A stretch of DNA of 64,000 nt from the NCBI GenBank assembly GCA_963751345.1, contig CAVVUS010000048.1:35477-99476 (forward strand), given 5' to 3'. A program made the translations under genes and the position numbers. The DNA is from an uncultured Chloroflexia bacterium. Lineage in GTDB: Bacteria; Chloroflexota; Anaerolineae; B4-G1; SLSP01. The notes beneath the pieces are model-generated. The model did not search any database. It was given only the letters and a program-made list of their open reading frames with translations, and was not told where the DNA came from. Below are positions 33,998-46,296 of the stretch, in pieces; positions within the stretch are counted from its first letter, which is position 1, and each line of letters starts with the position of its first letter.

Positions 33998-34880
33998 ATG
34001 CACTGGCTACTATCGATCCCCGAGGGCTTCTCCCTACGTCAGGTAATCCGGCAGTCCGGATGGCTCCTGCACCGTCCCTGGACCGTGCAGCACGTCGGGG
34101 ACCGGCTGTCGCGCGTCGAGCAGTTGGGCCCCGATACTACGATTGAGCTTACCCTCCACCAGATCCAGGGCCGGCCTCGTCCTCCAGACGGAGTCGCGCC
34201 TCTCCGGTCAGGAGGTCGAGGAGGTGAGTCGAAGGATGTGGCGCATGCTGCGACTGGGCCAGCACCTGGGCCCATTCGTGCGACAGGCGCGTTACGTCGA
34301 GGCGCTGGCTTCGGCGGGCCGATGGGGTGCACGCCTGCTGCGGGGCGCCACCCTCTTCGAGGATGTGCTGACCGCTTCATCCGCGGAGTGGCGCGGCGCC
34401 GGCTACCCGGAGTTCCCGACGCTGTCGCTCCTCGTGGACCGGCTGGGAAGCCCGCTGCCCAGCAACCCCACACTCCACGCGTTTCCGGAAGCGCAGCGGG
34501 TGCTCGACGGCATCTCCGAGTCTCTCGGGGCTGCTGGGCGATGCCATCGCTCGAACGGATGGCCGCCGTCGCGGAAGCCTATCTGGCACGGGGTACCGAG
34601 ATCGAGAGTCTCGTCGGTCGTCCTCTGGCGGAAGCAGAGATCGCGCCAGAAGCTCGAGGAGCTCGTGCCCCTCGATGCGACCGGTCTCGACTTGACGATG
34701 CTCTTCGTCGACCGCTACGGCTACGTCCCGACCGACGCGATCGCACAGACGCGGCTCCTGGAGTATCGACGGTCGTTCCGCTCCCGCGACCTCGGTGACG
34801 TCATGGACTTCGGCGCCAGGTGGCAGCCCTGGAGCGGCCTGGCCTATTGGCTCTGGGACTGGTCCGGTATAGGCCCCTAG
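33998..34880 (+). CDS. AlkA/HhH-GPD-like DNA glycosylase family protein (multiple frameshifts)
   Basis: FSLRQVIRQSGWL..PW, RLLRGATLFEDV, HAFP, YVPTD, WQPWSGLAYWLW. Confidence 0.55.
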
Positions 34881-37800
34881 CGCATCACCAGAGGCAGAAA
34901 CACCTGCTCGACGGAGACCTCAAACGCGTGCCAGCCGCTCCAAGGGCCTTCATTCCCCGCTGCATCCACGGCCCTCACGCGCCACTCGTGCACACCGGGC
35001 CACGGTGGCGCAACAGCGGGCGACGCCGTCGAAGCGGCGCACCATACTGTCGACGGCCACGTCATACGCCAACGGCGACCCCGTGTCAGGCGGCGCTATC
35101 CAGACCAGGGAGATCACGGGCCCCGTGATCAGCACGCCGGCGGTCGGGGTGACCACCGTCGGCGTGCCGGGAGCCGTCCGGTCGATCCCGAAAGTCGACA
35201 CGGTCCGGGCTCTCGTCAACCGCCTCACCGATGGATCTGGCGTGCAGCGCATAGCCTCCCTCTGACAGCGCCAGCAGCGTGTAGGACCACGTCGCCGTCC
35301 CGTTTGCCGCGAAACCACGCCGCAGCGCTCGACCACGCAGAACCCGTCCAATAGGCGCCATCGCCGGCCCGCTGAAGCTGCAACTCCACTCTCACCAACC
35401 CGGCTCCGGAGGCCCTCCCGCTGAAGGTCGGCGACACGCGATAATAGCCTTGGTCCTCGGGTGAGTCGATCACCGTATCGATGTTGCAGCCATCCAGATA
35501 TGCCATGGCGGCTGACATCACGGGACCGCGCTCGGCGGCCCGCAGTGTCTCGAAGGGGAAGCCAAGCACCAATAGCCGTTGGCAGCCCTGCGCGTACTGG
35601 ACCGCCGCTGCGCCGGGCATGGTGGCGTTGACGTACGACAGTGCGGTCTGGGCGCCCCCCAACGGCGCAAAGACATCGGGCGCGTCCACCACGTACTCCT
35701 CGGGAGCGTCGAAATGCAGGTCACCGAGAGCTGAGAAGGGGGAGCCGGTCAGCTGGGCGCGCCGTGGTCGTTCCGGCATCATCGCCCAGGTAGTCTGCGT
35801 GCAGCCGGGTCTGGAGGAACGTCGGGTCCCGCCCTTGTCCCTCGAGATCCCACCCGAACTCCGAACCGCTCACGAGAAGTGACCTCCCAGCAGCAAGATA
35901 GCTCGTGATCAGCGAGCGTTCGGTCGTGTTGAACGATCCGTCGACGACGGATGACTCCTCGCCCAGGATCCAGTCCAGAACGTCGTAGCTGGTGAGAGCG
36001 ACGGCGCCGCTGGCCACGGCCTCGTTGCTGGCGCTGTCCCAGGCGTAATCCGCCGGCACTGCCTGTCCGTGAAGAACCGTGTAGTCGTGGCTGTTCATGC
36101 GATCGACCCACATGCGCAGGTTCTCCCCTTCGACCGGATCGTCCTCGATGACGAGGCCGTAGAGGTTCAGTTTGTCAAAACCATTGACGATCAGCAGTCG
36201 CGCGTCCCCCACCCTGGCCCCCAGCGTCTCCGTCGGGAACGATTCCCCACCGGCGTTCGTCGCCGTGACACGCACGTAGATCGTCTGCCCCTCGGTCAGC
36301 CCCGTGAGCGTCGCACTGGTGCCGGTCGCCGCGAGCGGAGCTCCCCAGGCAAAGCCGTCCGGGCTCGTGTAGACCAGGTAGCCGGTTGCGGCCTCGCCGC
36401 CGATCCCGTCCACGGGAGATGCTGACCACGCCACTCGCACCGCCCCCGCGCCCTGGTTTTCCACGCGGAGATGCGTCGGCGGCTCCGGGGCAAAGACCAG
36501 GTTCACGCCATCACGGACCTCGAAGTATTTCACAATGCCCTGATAGACGGCACGCGCGGCCAACTGGTTGAATCCCGGATCCCTCAGCGCCAGGGCATCC
36601 TGGGGATTGTCGTGAAACGCGATCTCCAGCAGAACACCGGGGATGCTGGCATAGCTGACGTTCGGGTCGTACAGCATCCGCAGTTCGCCGAGGTTCAGTT
36701 GGCCCTTCCCGCGGTCGGTCCAGGCAGGATCCCACCCCGCGCGGATATCCGAGACCAACTCGTTGTGGACCGCGGCCTGGAGCTCGGTGCTGCCTGCCGT
36801 TCGGGGATAGGTCTCGCCGTTGTGCACGTACGACACGGTGCCCCGCGCCGTCCCGGCGGAGCCGTTCGTGTGCCACGAGATGAAGACCGCATCGTCGCCG
36901 CTGCGCGCGCTCGTACCACCGGGCGTACATCGGCCGGGCCACCACATCGTTGAGATAGGGCCAGTCATCCGGGTCCAACCCCATCCACTGCCCCCAGTAG
37001 AACGTGGCGGTCTCCCACCAGGGCTTGTGAGGTGCCGCACCCGGCGGCGTATTGGGCACATAGGTCGTCGCGGGCGCGGTAAGCGAGATCCCACCCAGCG
37101 AGTCAAACGTGCCGCTCCCAAGCCGGATCGCGTCCGCGATGACCGCGCGCGTCTCCGCGCTCGCGGAGCGATTGTCCAGAGAGACGGTTGCAGTACCCGC
37201 AGCGAAGGGAAAGGTTCCCAGATAGCGCCACGTCTCGGGATAGATCGATTGGTCGATGAGGACCTCCGTCGACCCGCCGGCATGGACCACCGTGTAGTGG
37301 GCGTCGCGGACGCGATTCGAGCCGGGATAGACCCACGCGTAGACGGCGTAACTCCCCGCGGTGGGGACGGACAAGGTCCACGTGGCCTTGGCCGTGAGTG
37401 CCCCCGACGGCTGCGTCACAGCATAGCGATAGCTGCCGCCGTTGTACCCCGCCCCGCTGCTCCCCTGCGCCCACGTCCCCTGCTCCGTGTAGCCCGGAGC
37501 ACCCGAATCGTTGTCGACGATCGTGCGCGACGCACTCCAGTCGCGCTCGCGCACCGGGATCACGGTAGCGCCCGCGTTCTCCAGGTACGGGATCAGGTAC
37601 TGCGTGACGGCCTCGGCGTTGTTATGGTCCTCGATGAAATTCTGGTAGACGGGGCGCTGCGTGCGCCAGGTGCTGCCGTTCCAGAACCAGCCGTGCCCTG
37701 CACTCACGAAAACCGTCCTCCCCACCAGCGAAGCCGGGTAGGCTTGGCTCATCTCAGGCGACGCGGCGTGCTCTGTCAGCCCTGGGCTTGGGACCGGAAG

Positions 37801-38214
37801 GCCGGGGAGCACCTCCGGGACCTCGGCGGCGACGTCAGACGTATCGTGGGGCGCGAAGTCCGAAATGGGCCGGCATCGTTGGGTAGCCCCGTCCCATGCC
37901 TGCACAGATAGGCTGTCCCACTCGACCGTCTGCAGCGCAACTCGTACCCTCTCCTGGAGCGATTCCATGCCCAGCCAGCCGTCTGCAGCCAGGACGTCCA
38001 CACCTACGCTGAAGCACACGGTAAGGCTGCGCCCTGCCATCGCCACGTCGCGGACCGGTGGTAGCGCTGGGGTCGCACTCGCCAGAAGGCGTCCGGCTTC
38101 AGCCGCGCCATCGGGCGGGTCAGGCGCGGCGGCTGAAGCCGCAGGGCCAACCACGATCGCCAACACGACCAGGAAGCAAGACGCTATCCACCGCCACCAC
38201 GGTGCTATACCCAT
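34877..38214 (-). CDS. Secreted N-acetylmuramoyl-L-alanine amidase (Amidase_3) with inserted golvesin-C/Xly-like domain, FN3 and Ig-like domains, C-terminal VFLPLVMR (multiple frameshifts)
   Basis: SAGHG, EDHNN, ISWHTNG, VLLEIAFHDN Zn-amidase motifs; GSYAVYAW...VIADAIRL insert; FN3 APEPPTHL...YVRVTATNAGGES; WRVRAVDAAGNEG. Confidence 0.75.
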
Positions 38215-38432
38215 GTCAGTTTCTCCTTGCCGCGAGGTACCGGACAGCCGGTCCGAAGAGCATCCCACAAGTCTACTACCAACTCGCGGCGACCGCCATA
38301 CACCAGTTTCCTACAAGATCCCTTGAGGAAGTGAGAGATTCCGCGCCGTTTCGCTGCAATTCACAGGACTTGTGCTAGAATACCAGTGTCGATGGTTCGT
38401 GGCGTACTCGCATCGGGGAGGTGAATGGCCGG

Positions 38433-39788
38433 ATGTCCACACTCCTGATCCACGGAGCTGACGTTGTCCTGACGATGGACGGCGCTCACCCTATCTCGGA
38501 CGGCAGCATCTACGTACGCAATGGTGTTATCGAGGCTGTCGGTCCCGCAGGCATGGTGCAGCAGCCCGCGGACCGCACGATCGATGCCCGTGGGATGATG
38601 CTCCTGCCGGGGCTCGTCAACACCCACCACCATCTCTACCAGACGCTCACGCGGGCCGTGCCAGGTGCACAGAACGCCGAGCTCTTCACCTGGCTGAGGA
38701 CGCTCTATCCCATATGGGCACACCTCGACGCTGAGGCGGTCTATGTCAGCGCGCTTACCGGGCTTGCAGAACTCATGCTCTCGGGCTGCACGACCGCGGC
38801 AGATCACCTTTACATCTTCCCCAACGATGTCACGCTGGACGATGAGATTCGCGCCGCCCAGGAGATCGGGATCCGCTTCCACGCCACCCGTGGGTCAATG
38901 AGCCGCGGGGAGAGCCAGGGCGGCCTCCCTCCGGATAGCGTCGTAGAGGCCGAGGACGCTATCCTGCGCGATACGCGCCGCGTGATCGAGACCTACCACA
39001 ATGCGGAGCGCTATGCTATGCTCCGCATCGCCGTTGCGCCATGCTCTCCCTTCTCGGTCACCGAGAACCTCATGCGCGAATCCGCCGCGCTCGCTCGGGC
39101 CTACGGCGTACACCTGCATACACACCTTGCCGAAACCCGCGACGAGGAAGCCTACTGCCTGGAGACGGTGGGCAAACGCCCCCTCGGGTATGCCGAGGCC
39201 CTGGGCTGGCTTGGTGACGACGTCTGGTTTGCCCACGGTGTCCACGTTGCCGAGGACGAGATTGAGCGCCTGGCAGACACTCACACGGGCATCGCGCATT
39301 GCCCATCCAGCAATATGCGCCTTGCCTCGGGCATAGCGCCCGTGCGTGCCTACCTCGATGCGGGGGTGCCCGTCGGTCTGGGTGTCGACGGCTCGGCAAG
39401 CAACGACAGTTCTCACATGTTGGCAGAGGCAAGGATAGCGCTATTGCTGCAGCGAGTGCTGGGCGGTCCCGGTGCGCTCACGGCTGAGGAGGCGCTGCAT
39501 TTGGCCACGCGAGGTGGCGCAGAGGTGCTCGGACGCGATGACATCGGCGTGCTGGCTCCCGGGATGGCTGCCGACATCATCGGAATCAAACTGGACACCC
39601 TGGCCTACGCCGGCGCGGCGGTTCACGATCCTCTCGCGGCTGCCGTCTTCTGCGCGCCTCAGAACGTGGACCTCTCCATCATCGACGGCGAGGTGAGGAT
39701 CGAAGAGGGTCGTCTGTTGACCATCGATCTGCCCAGGATTATCGAGCGCCACAACTACATCGCCCGGACAATGCTCGAGAGTATCTAG
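38433..39788 (+). CDS. 8-oxoguanine deaminase / amidohydrolase superfamily
   Basis: PGLVNTHHHLYQTLTR, APCSPFSV, HTHLAET, HCPSSNMRLASG, GVDGSASND. Confidence 0.88.
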   Translation: MSTLLIHGADVVLTMDGAHPISDGSIYVRNGVIEAVGPAGMVQQPADRTIDARGMMLLPGLVNTHHHLYQTLTRAVPGAQNAELFTWLRTLYPIWAHLDAEAVYVSALTGLAELMLSGCTTAADHLYIFPNDVTLDDEIRAAQEIGIRFHATRGSMSRGESQGGLPPDSVVEAEDAILRDTRRVIETYHNAERYAMLRIAVAPCSPFSVTENLMRESAALARAYGVHLHTHLAETRDEEAYCLETVGKRPLGYAEALGWLGDDVWFAHGVHVAEDEIERLADTHTGIAHCPSSNMRLASGIAPVRAYLDAGVPVGLGVDGSASNDSSHMLAEARIALLLQRVLGGPGALTAEEALHLATRGGAEVLGRDDIGVLAPGMAADIIGIKLDTLAYAGAAVHDPLAAAVFCAPQNVDLSIIDGEVRIEEGRLLTIDLPRIIERHNYIARTMLESI

Positions 39789-39826
39789 CCCCCCAGATTG
39801 CCAGGCCCAAGCATACGGAGATAGGC

Positions 39827-42519
39827 GTGAGCACAATTCCCGAGAACCATCAGCGCAGCGTGAGCAACAACCGGATGCTGATAACCTTCAGCCAGGTCAA
39901 CCAGACCATCCTCCGCCTGCGTGAGGACAAGGCCCGCCTCCTGCGCGAGGTCTGCACGACCATACAGGAGGGGCTGGCCTATCGATTTGTGTGGATCGGC
40001 GAGCTGAACACGACTCAGCAGATCACCACGTCTGCCGGTTCCGGCCTACCCGGGGACGGAGTGGAGGGTCACGCTGAAACGCCGCCCTCGCTGGCCGCCT
40101 TGGTGGAACGGGCTGTCGATGCCGGGGCATCGATGCTCACGGACCAGGTGACCTTGGAGACCGGCCCCGGACGGCCCGAGTCCCACGATGTCGCGATCTG
40201 TCCCCTCCGCCATCACGGATCGTGGCACCTTGGTGCTGGCCGTGGCCGCGCCCGCCGGCCACAGCTATGATCGCGAGGAGGCCGACCTGCTCCAAGAGAT
40301 GGCAGGAGACCTGGCCTATGCGATCACCACAATGGCCGTGGCGGACCGCACGCGCCGGGCTGAGCAGGCCCTACGCATCTCAGAAGATCGCTTCAGGCGG
40401 CTCGCGGAGCATTCGCTGGTGGGGATCGTGCTCATCCAGAACGATCTCTACCGCTACGTCAACCCTGCGTTCGCCCTCATGTTCGGGTATGGTTCGCCGC
40501 GCGAGATTATCGACAACCTGGGGCCGGTCGACCTCGCCGCACCGGAGAGTCGCGAAATCGTGGCGGAGAACGTCCGTAGACAGGTGCTCGGTCAGATCAG
40601 GTCGAGCCGGTACCAGTACCGTGGCCTGCGCAAGGATGGCCAGACCTTCGACGTCGAGGAGCACGGCGCCCGAACCGTCCACGCGCAACGGCTGGCGATC
40701 GTTGCCACGGTGCTTGACGTTACCTCCCGTGAAGCATCCCGCCGCCGGCTCGAGGCTCTCTCCACTGCAGGACTGGCCCTCTCATCGGCCCAGACTCCCC
40801 AGGACGCGTTGGACAAGGCAGTCGAGCAGGTCGCGCGGATCCTTCCTTGTGAGACCGCTAGTGTGGTGCTATTCGATGGACCTCGCCCCAGAGTGGCAGC
40901 GCGCACGGCGAACGAGCGACCATCCAGGCGTACCGGATACCGTCGAGGCCATCGTCCGGAGAGCGATCGAGGCAGGCGAGCCATGGCCAATGGACCCGAT
41001 GATGGCCCGCGAGTCGGTCGTCATCAACTCCGATGCCCTGCCGCGATCTCACCGGCCTGTAACCCCAGGCCCTATCCACACGCTGGTGACCGCCCCTCTC
41101 ATTGTGCGAGGGGAGATGATCGGTCTGCTCAACGCTGAGGCCGCCAAGCCGGACCAGTTCACGTCTGAGGATGGTCAGCATCTCCGCCTCTTCGCCGATC
41201 AGGTCGCCGCCACGCTGCAACACCTACGTCTCATCTCCTCGCTCGAGAATGAGCGTAACCGGCTCAAGACCGTGAATAGCCTGTCCCACGCCCTGACAGA
41301 GACGCTCAACCTGCGGGAGGTCGCGGCACGAGCGCTCGGACAGATCGGCGTCGCCACCCACGCCGATGCAGGCCTGCTTCTCCTCTGGGAGGAGGTGTCA
41401 GGGGCCCTGGTAGCCGTCGCCGCTGAGGGATATTCCGAGGCGCTGCTGCCGGAGCTCAACAGGGACCTCAGGCAGAGAAACCAAGATGTGTACCGTCGGC
41501 TATCCGAACTGGCCGCGGGCCGCTCGCCGGTCCTCGGTGTCGCCGGGTCGCACTGGGATGGCATCGGCAGGGTCGACCAGACGTGGGCTACGGCGCTTGA
41601 GGTGCCGCTGAAAGCCCATGGCGAGCTCCTGGGGATGCTTTCACTCTTCTCCAAGAACTCCGCCGGTTTCCAGCCGGACGAGGTCGACCTGGTCACGGCG
41701 CTCAGCGTACCGATTGCGCTGGCCATCCAGAACGCCCGCTTCTACGAGCACGCGGCGAGCCAGGCTAAGGCTATGGAGGATGCACTCCGTCGACAGGAGG
41801 AGCTCGATCGATTGAAGAACGAGCTCATCCAGAACGTCTCACACGAGCTGAGAACGCCGCTGGCCTTGGTATTGGGCTACGCGGAGATGCTCAACAGCGG
41901 GCAACTCGGTGTGCTCTCTGACGAGCAAGCGGACGCCATCGAGATCATCACCCGACGCAGCCGGATGCTCCGGCGCTTGGTTGAGGATATTGCGCTCATG
42001 TGGCATCTGGAGCAGTCCCAGGACGAAAGAGAGCTGCTGGATCTGGACGAGGTCGTCACAACAACGGCGGATGAGTTCCAGAGCCAGGCCGCGTCAAAGA
42101 CGCTGACCCTCACGTGTGGCACGCCCGGCAAGCCGGCCCTGATTGATGGCGTGCCGCTGCAGATCCGCCGCGTGCTCGACAACCTGATCGGCAATGCCCT
42201 GAAGTTCACGCCTGCCGGGGGAACCGTGGCAGTGCAGCTTAGGCTCGAGGGCGATTGGGCAGTGATCTCCACAAGCGACGACGGGATTGGCGTGCCGCGA
42301 GAGAAGCTGAACGCCATCTTTGAGCGCTTCTACCAGGTCGATGGGAGCGCAAGGCGCAGCTACGCCGGGACAGGTCTGGGGCTCGCTCTGGTCAAGGCTA
42401 TCGTCGAAGCCCACAGCGGCGAGATCTACGCCGAGAGTCCCATCACGGAGGACCCCGAACGCCCGGGCACCCGCGTGAGTGTGCTTCTGCCACTCACGCT
42501 GGGCGATCGGGAGCCCTGA
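39827..42519 (+). CDS. Cytoplasmic GAF-PAS-GAF-GAF sensor histidine kinase (frameshifted near 40220 and 40910)
   Basis: SHELRTPL, NLIGNALKFT, DDGIG, FERFYQVD, GTGLGL; PAS YVNPAF...RKDG; no TM helices seen. Confidence 0.88.
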
Positions 42520-42540
42520 GACTGCATATCGGCAGCCACG

Positions 42541-43299
42541 CTACTTGCCGGACCCGGTGTCTTCCAGCCCTACAAGGGCGTCAACCGCCCGCGTCCACGA
42601 CAGGGCCTCGGCCTCTGACATCGGCTCACCCGCAAACCGGTAGTCGTTCTTCCGGATGAACTCCTCAAGCTCGCCCATCAGGCGCTGCCAGGCCTCGCGT
42701 TGCGCCCCCATCAACGCATCGTAGGCCTGCGTCGCCCGCGGCAGCATCAGCACCTCGCGGAGGTGGGGCAGGCATAGCCCGCCGCAGTTCCGCAGAAGCA
42801 AGCCCATCTCGGGATCCGCGAGCTCATCCAGGAGCACGCCCCCAAAGCGGGTTGCCGCCGTCTCGCCGATCTCGCAGGCCGGGCAGGGACCCGACGCGAC
42901 CAGGCGCACGGCGACCGCCTCTGCGGGTCTCCGGCGGTGAAGCAGCGACCGGTCCGGGCGACTGCCGACCGGATCCGTGTCGCGCAACAGGTCGAGAATC
43001 GACACCCGGTAGACGATGGCGATCCCCAAAGCCGATCCCTGCAGCCTCTGCCAGATGCGGCTGTGGTGAGCGCAGAGTCCTCGCGATGCTTTGAGAGCGT
43101 CCCGCGTATGGATATCGAGCACCCGCTCGTAGCTCAGCGACGCGACGTAGGCCGCCTCCGCCTCTGACGACAGTCGGCAGAGCGGGCATCCCCACTGATC
43201 CATCGCCTCGCGCAGCTCGGCCCGCAGCGGGCGCGGACGAGTCCGTCTGTCTCCGGCTAACCATCGGTCTGTCTGTCCAATCGTCTGACGTTCCCCCAA
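42541..43299 (-). CDS. DUF6062-like protein with duplicated CPxC...GLCxxH metal motifs
   Basis: GCPLC...RGLCAHH and CPAC...GLCLPHL; EFIRKNDYRF. Confidence 0.7.
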   Translation of the reverse strand: MGERQTIGQTDRWLAGDRRTRPRPLRAELREAMDQWGCPLCRLSSEAEAAYVASLSYERVLDIHTRDALKASRGLCAHHSRIWQRLQGSALGIAIVYRVSILDLLRDTDPVGSRPDRSLLHRRRPAEAVAVRLVASGPCPACEIGETAATRFGGVLLDELADPEMGLLLRNCGGLCLPHLREVLMLPRATQAYDALMGAQREAWQRLMGELEEFIRKNDYRFAGEPMSEAEALSWTRAVDALVGLEDTGSGK

Positions 43300-43324
43300 G
43301 ACATCTGCGAACGTGCCAGACGCT

Positions 43325-44242
43325 CTATCGTGCGAACGCCCGGTAAGGGTTCCCCCGCGTCAGCTTCTCCACCAACGACGCACCCAGGTCCAGCTTCGGC
43401 AGAAAGACCTCCGGGATGTAGGTGAAGGGCTGTGGCTTCCCGCCACCCGGCTTCGCAGGATCGTACCATCCCCGATCGTGGCTCAAGAGCAACTGATCTT
43501 CGAACCCTGCAGCCACCATCCTGTTGATATGCTCGATGAAGACATCATCGTCGTAACCCGAACTGCCGATGGCATCGTACTCGATCCAGGTACCGCGCTC
43601 CGCGATCTGTGAATGCAGGGCCACATCCGGCTCTGCCTGTGCGTGGATCCAGATGAACCGTTCCGGCGTGTAGCCCGCCGTCTCGAGGACCTCGAGCTGG
43701 TCGAGCACAACCCGCCCGCGGATGGTGTGACTCCCGATCACGGCGCCGGTGTCGGCCGCGGCTCTCGCCGCTGCGCGCAGCACCTTCACCTCGGTCGCCG
43801 TCATGCCGTCGTCCCCGGCGCTTAGCTTGATCCATCCTGCCCGGACGCCGGTGTTGCCAACGCCATGCAGCAGCTCAGCCACCATCCACGATTGCAGCTC
43901 TGCCTCACTTGCGGCGTGCACCCATGCCGGGATCCAGGGCTCGCGGTACACCCCCGTAGGCACGACCACCGGCATCCCGGCAGCAAGAGAGACCGCCAGA
44001 TCGAAGTCGACCCGGCGCCCCACCCCCACCGGCGTGCACGTCACCAGCGCGGCCACCCCGGCGGCCTGCGCTTCGGCGAGCTCCGGCGCCATCACCGCCA
44101 CAACGTCTCTGACGTCCGCCGATCCTTGCAGAGGGCTATCAGCCCCGCGCATGTCGACGAAGATGTGCTCGTGCGGCAGGATGATGCCTGATCCTAACTC
44201 ATTCAGCTGCTTGGGTCCCAACGTGGTCATCAGATACGGCAT
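43325..44242 (-). CDS. Phosphotriesterase/Php family metallo-hydrolase
   Basis: TTLGP, LPHEHIFVD, AGWIK, IGSHT, IWIHAQ, LLLSHDRG, NPYRAF; RBS AAAGGAGG. Confidence 0.88.
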   Translation of the reverse strand: MPYLMTTLGPKQLNELGSGIILPHEHIFVDMRGADSPLQGSADVRDVVAVMAPELAEAQAAGVAALVTCTPVGVGRRVDFDLAVSLAAGMPVVVPTGVYREPWIPAWVHAASEAELQSWMVAELLHGVGNTGVRAGWIKLSAGDDGMTATEVKVLRAAARAAADTGAVIGSHTIRGRVVLDQLEVLETAGYTPERFIWIHAQAEPDVALHSQIAERGTWIEYDAIGSSGYDDDVFIEHINRMVAAGFEDQLLLSHDRGWYDPAKPGGGKPQPFTYIPEVFLPKLDLGASLVEKLTRGNPYRAFAR

Positions 44243-44256
44243 AGCCAGGCCTCCTT

Positions 44257-45483
44257 TCACTGCGGCGCGTATAGGCGACCACGCCGCCGAAAACGGCCGC
44301 GCCGAGGAGCAGCACGGCAAAGATGATCACAACGGTGATTCGCGGTCCGATGCGCTCGAAGAGCTGCCCGATGAACCACGGCACGGTCATGCCGCCCAGG
44401 CTGCTACCGACGAAGAACAGGCTGGTGATCGCGCCGGTGATCGTGAGATGGCGTTCGGCCAGGGACAACGTCGTCGGGAACACGGACGCCATGAACAGAC
44501 CTGCGCCGAAGGTCCCCGCCCAGAGAGCAGCTGGGATACCGGGAAACAGCAGCAGAACGGCGGCACTCACAAGACATCCCGCCAGGTCGGCGGCGAGCAC
44601 CTGCCGCGGCCGGAAGCGCGCGCCCAGCGGAATGGAGAGCAGTCGCCCCAAGGTCAGCGCCCCCCAGAACACCGAGGTCAGGTACGCCGCCGTTGCAGCC
44701 GCCTCAGCGCCACCGAGCCCCGTGGCCTGACCGTAGGTTGCGATCCATCCGCCGAAGCTACTCTCGGCCCCCACGTAGAGGAAGAAGAAAAGCGCCAACA
44801 GGCCGACAAGCCGCCCATCTCGTCGGAGGGCAGGCGTCGGCGGAACTCCCTCACCCTCCGGCGCTATGCCGGAGGGAACGCTGTCCTGCTCCGATCGCGG
44901 GCTCGGGAGACGAAGTAGCACGCCGGCCACCGGCAGCATCAGCGCGGCCAGCACCCAGTACGCAGGCCGGATGTCCCCGGCGAGGAGAACAGACTGCGCC
45001 ACCACGATCGGCGAGAGAAACGCCCCCACCCCGAAGAAAAAGTGCAGCGCGTTCATAAAGGGGGCCACTTTGGCACCGTGGACCCAGACGATCAGCGTGT
45101 TTTCTCCTACGTCCAATGCTCCCATCGCCATACCGAGCATAAAGAGCAGCCCGACCAACAGCCACAGCGCCCGCGACAGAGGGATGGCGACCAGCAGAGC
45201 CGCGATCATCACCAACACGCCCGACATGACGGGGTGCCCGCGCACCCGGTCGTACAGCCGTCCGCCCAGGACCGAGCCTACAAGATATCCAAAGGCCCGA
45301 GCGCTGAGCCCGTAGCTGATCTGGGTAAGGCTCGCACCGGTATTCGCTGCCAGCCTTGTCAACGTCGGGCCCAGGGTGGCATAGGCCAATCCCAGGGCAA
45401 CAAAGCCGGCGTAGTAGCCGATCGTGGTCAGCTTCTTGGTTCTGACCTGTTGGATTGGCGAGCCGTTCGGCTATCTGATTCAT
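44257..45483 (-). CDS. MFS transporter (FucP/TsgA-like); both termini frameshifted
   Basis: LGPTL, GGRLYDRVRG, MNALHFFFGVGAFLSP, FLYVGAE, FWGALTLGRL; about 12 TM helices. Confidence 0.85.
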
Positions 45484-45757
45484 ACTCTCTCCATAGGGCC
45501 AAGCACGGCGGACATGTACGTCAACAGAAGATAGCGGATTTTCGTGCCTGCGCCAGCGCGGGCACAATCAAGGCAGAGGGGACACGCCGTTTGCCAGCCA
45601 CACGACGCCTTGTATGATTAGGGCAGAGCCAACCGATCTGCTGAAACCGACGTTGCCGTCCTCCTTGACCCATGGTCATAACGAATTACTGACTTTATGG
45701 AATACTTGCGTATGTTTTTGGTATGTGAACACGTCTTATATGATAGGAGTCGGAACA

Positions 45758-46291
45758 ATGCCCGAGGATGAGGCACTGCTCTCCAGGGCACGGGCCAACG
45801 ACAGAGAAGCGCTCGCCGAGCTCTACGACCTCTATGCGATGCGGATCTACGGATATCTCTACCGCAGGGTAAGCAGTGCCCAGGTCGCCGAGGATCTAAC
45901 AGGCGACGTCTTTGTAAAGGTGCTGGAGGCTGTGCGTTCGCGGCGATCATGGCGGACCTCGTTCCGGGCATGGCTCTACCGCATTGCACACAATGTAGTG
46001 GTCGACTGGTATCGAAGCCACGCATCAGACGACAAAGTATCGATCGAGGCAGATTCGCGCGAGGTGGAGGCGCTGGGGTCCGGGCTCTATGCGCCCGGAA
46101 TCCGCTCTTACACCGACCTCAAGCGTGCGCTCCGCGCCTTGACGGAGGACCAGCAATTGGTGCTGGAGCTCCGCTTCGGCGAGGGTCTGAAAGCCCGGGA
46201 GATTGCCGAGACCCTCGGCAAGAGCGTGGGGGCCGTAGAAGCGCTTCAACACCGAGCGTTGGTGGCTTTGAGAGAGCATCTGGAGGACTGA
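45758..46291 (+). CDS. ECF RNA polymerase sigma factor
   Basis: AEDLTGDVF, FRAWLYRIAHN, LTEDQQLVLELRF.EGL..REIAETLGKSVGAVEALQHRAL; RBS AGGAG. Confidence 0.92.
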   Translation: MPEDEALLSRARANDREALAELYDLYAMRIYGYLYRRVSSAQVAEDLTGDVFVKVLEAVRSRRSWRTSFRAWLYRIAHNVVVDWYRSHASDDKVSIEADSREVEALGSGLYAPGIRSYTDLKRALRALTEDQQLVLELRFGEGLKAREIAETLGKSVGAVEALQHRALVALREHLED

Positions 46292-46296
46292 CCTAG

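Noticed and set aside
38270-38432. Purine riboswitch upstream of the 8-oxoguanine deaminase
   Set aside because: No purine aptamer core is recognisable, and an extended -10 (TGcTAGAAT, about 38374-38382) leaves too short a leader.
45660-45757. Autoregulatory ECF promoter in the AT-rich stretch upstream of the sigma gene
   Set aside because: A CGTCTTATAT -10-like element exists, but there is no AAC-type -35 at the correct spacing, so support is insufficient.
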